Part shown: positions 63,127-64,000 of the stretch, in pieces
How the letters are laid out: the number at the start of each line of letters is the position of its first letter
Numbering within the stretch: position 1 is the first letter of the stretch
Assembly (NCBI GenBank): GCA_977017575.1
Contig: CDRNVI010000053.1
Span: 248,001-312,000 of the forward strand
Origin: Paramoeba atlantica
Lineage: Eukaryota > Protista > Discosea
Reading direction: 5' to 3'
DNA: 64,000 nucleotides
The notes under the pieces: model-generated
The model's input: the letters and a program-made list of their open reading frames with translations, nothing else
Databases searched by the model: none
Told to the model about the DNA's origin: nothing
Translations under genes and position numbers: made by a program

Positions 63127-63379
63127 TAGATTTCACGTCATACGAATGTATCAAACTTGTACAAGCATAAAAAAATTACTGTTTTGCATAATACAACGTT
63201 ATCTTATTCACTAATGCACAAGCATGCGATCTAGGCAGCATAGAAATAGTACATTTAGACGTGCATCATAGAGTAAAAGACTATGATAAAATGATGAATC
63301 TTTTTGTGTGTTTTATACTCAAATTCGTAGATTTTAGAATAGTTGAGGGTTTTCAAGCTTACGTTATTTTGGGTATGGA

Positions 63380-64000
63380 ATGAGTCGGAGCATTGCCCTG
63401 AACCTTGGGACACTAGGTGTCTGCTTGATTAGTCATCTGTTATCATGTGGTGTGTCTTGCGCGGAAAATTATAAAAATATCTTTGAAACACTAGAGGGCT
63501 TCCATACGACGCACGAAACTTTGGATTCCACGCACGAATTCTTACATTCCGATGCAGCAACGGGTCGTCATACTTCATTGCGATACAATGTCACGAAATG
63601 CGATTCGCAGCGTTATCATACCCTTGTTGACGTTGAACGACTCTATTGTCATCATTCAGGACACGCAGAAATTCAATTTAAAAGCCAGTCAAGTCTTTCA
63701 AATTTTCTAGAGCAAGTATCTCCGGGCACAGTTTTGATGTCTCATCACAGTCTGAAGTGTCAATCAAGTGGTGATCATGTCTTATTCCGTGTACAGAGTA
63801 TCGAGCTTCATCCAGAAAAGGAATGTCAAGTAGAGGTAATCGGGAACGAACTGCAGCCATTTGAGATCTTTCGGCACGCTGAAGTTGAGTTCGCCACCAA
63901 TATGGCACATGCGCCCCCAAGTTCACAGCGTAAAGTCGAAAGCAAGTGTGGAAATCGTGCAAATTGGTACATGCCTGAGTTCCTAAGCGCCAATCCAATC
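63380..64000 (+). CDS. Hypothetical protein with signal-peptide-like N-terminus, runs off the window (absent from the ORF track)
   Basis: I read an ATG at 63380 open for 207 codons to the window end (MSRSIALNLGTLGVCLISHLLSCGVSCA...). Confidence 0.65.
   Translation, partial: MSRSIALNLGTLGVCLISHLLSCGVSCAENYKNIFETLEGFHTTHETLDSTHEFLHSDAATGRHTSLRYNVTKCDSQRYHTLVDVERLYCHHSGHAEIQFKSQSSLSNFLEQVSPGTVLMSHHSLKCQSSGDHVLFRVQSIELHPEKECQVEVIGNELQPFEIFRHAEVEFATNMAHAPPSSQRKVESKCGNRANWYMPEFLSANPI

Overview
Eukaryotic, gene-dense, intron-free window in which essentially all ~38 protein-coding genes lie on the + strand, as in a kinetoplastid polycistronic transcription unit. A kinetoplastid origin is supported by a RET1-type terminal uridylyltransferase and a kinetoplastid-type mitoribosomal mS37. 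The expanded short LRR family and compact layout suggest a Perkinsela-like lineage, which is my inference. Recognisable genes are bystin/ENP1, LTV1, RPT5, VPS53, PEX4-like E2, SF1/BBP, RsfS/MALSU1, BolA, an RNF5-like RING ligase, an MCTP-like C2 protein, Misato/DML1, two tandem REXO-like exonucleases, PPR and helical-repeat RNA-binding proteins, and nine LRR paralogs. Four signals stand out. (1) About a dozen C-rich-to-G-rich composition switches run through genes and across gene borders. (2) A TA-flanked Tc1/mariner deletion derivative and several MITE-like elements are present, although DNA transposons are classically absent from trypanosomatids. (3) A 1.5 kb island of inverted 19-bp arrays encloses long hairpins. 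(4) There are candidate CID/zinc-knuckle and Paf1-like transcription factors. All family calls are from motif recognition by eye; no database searches were run.
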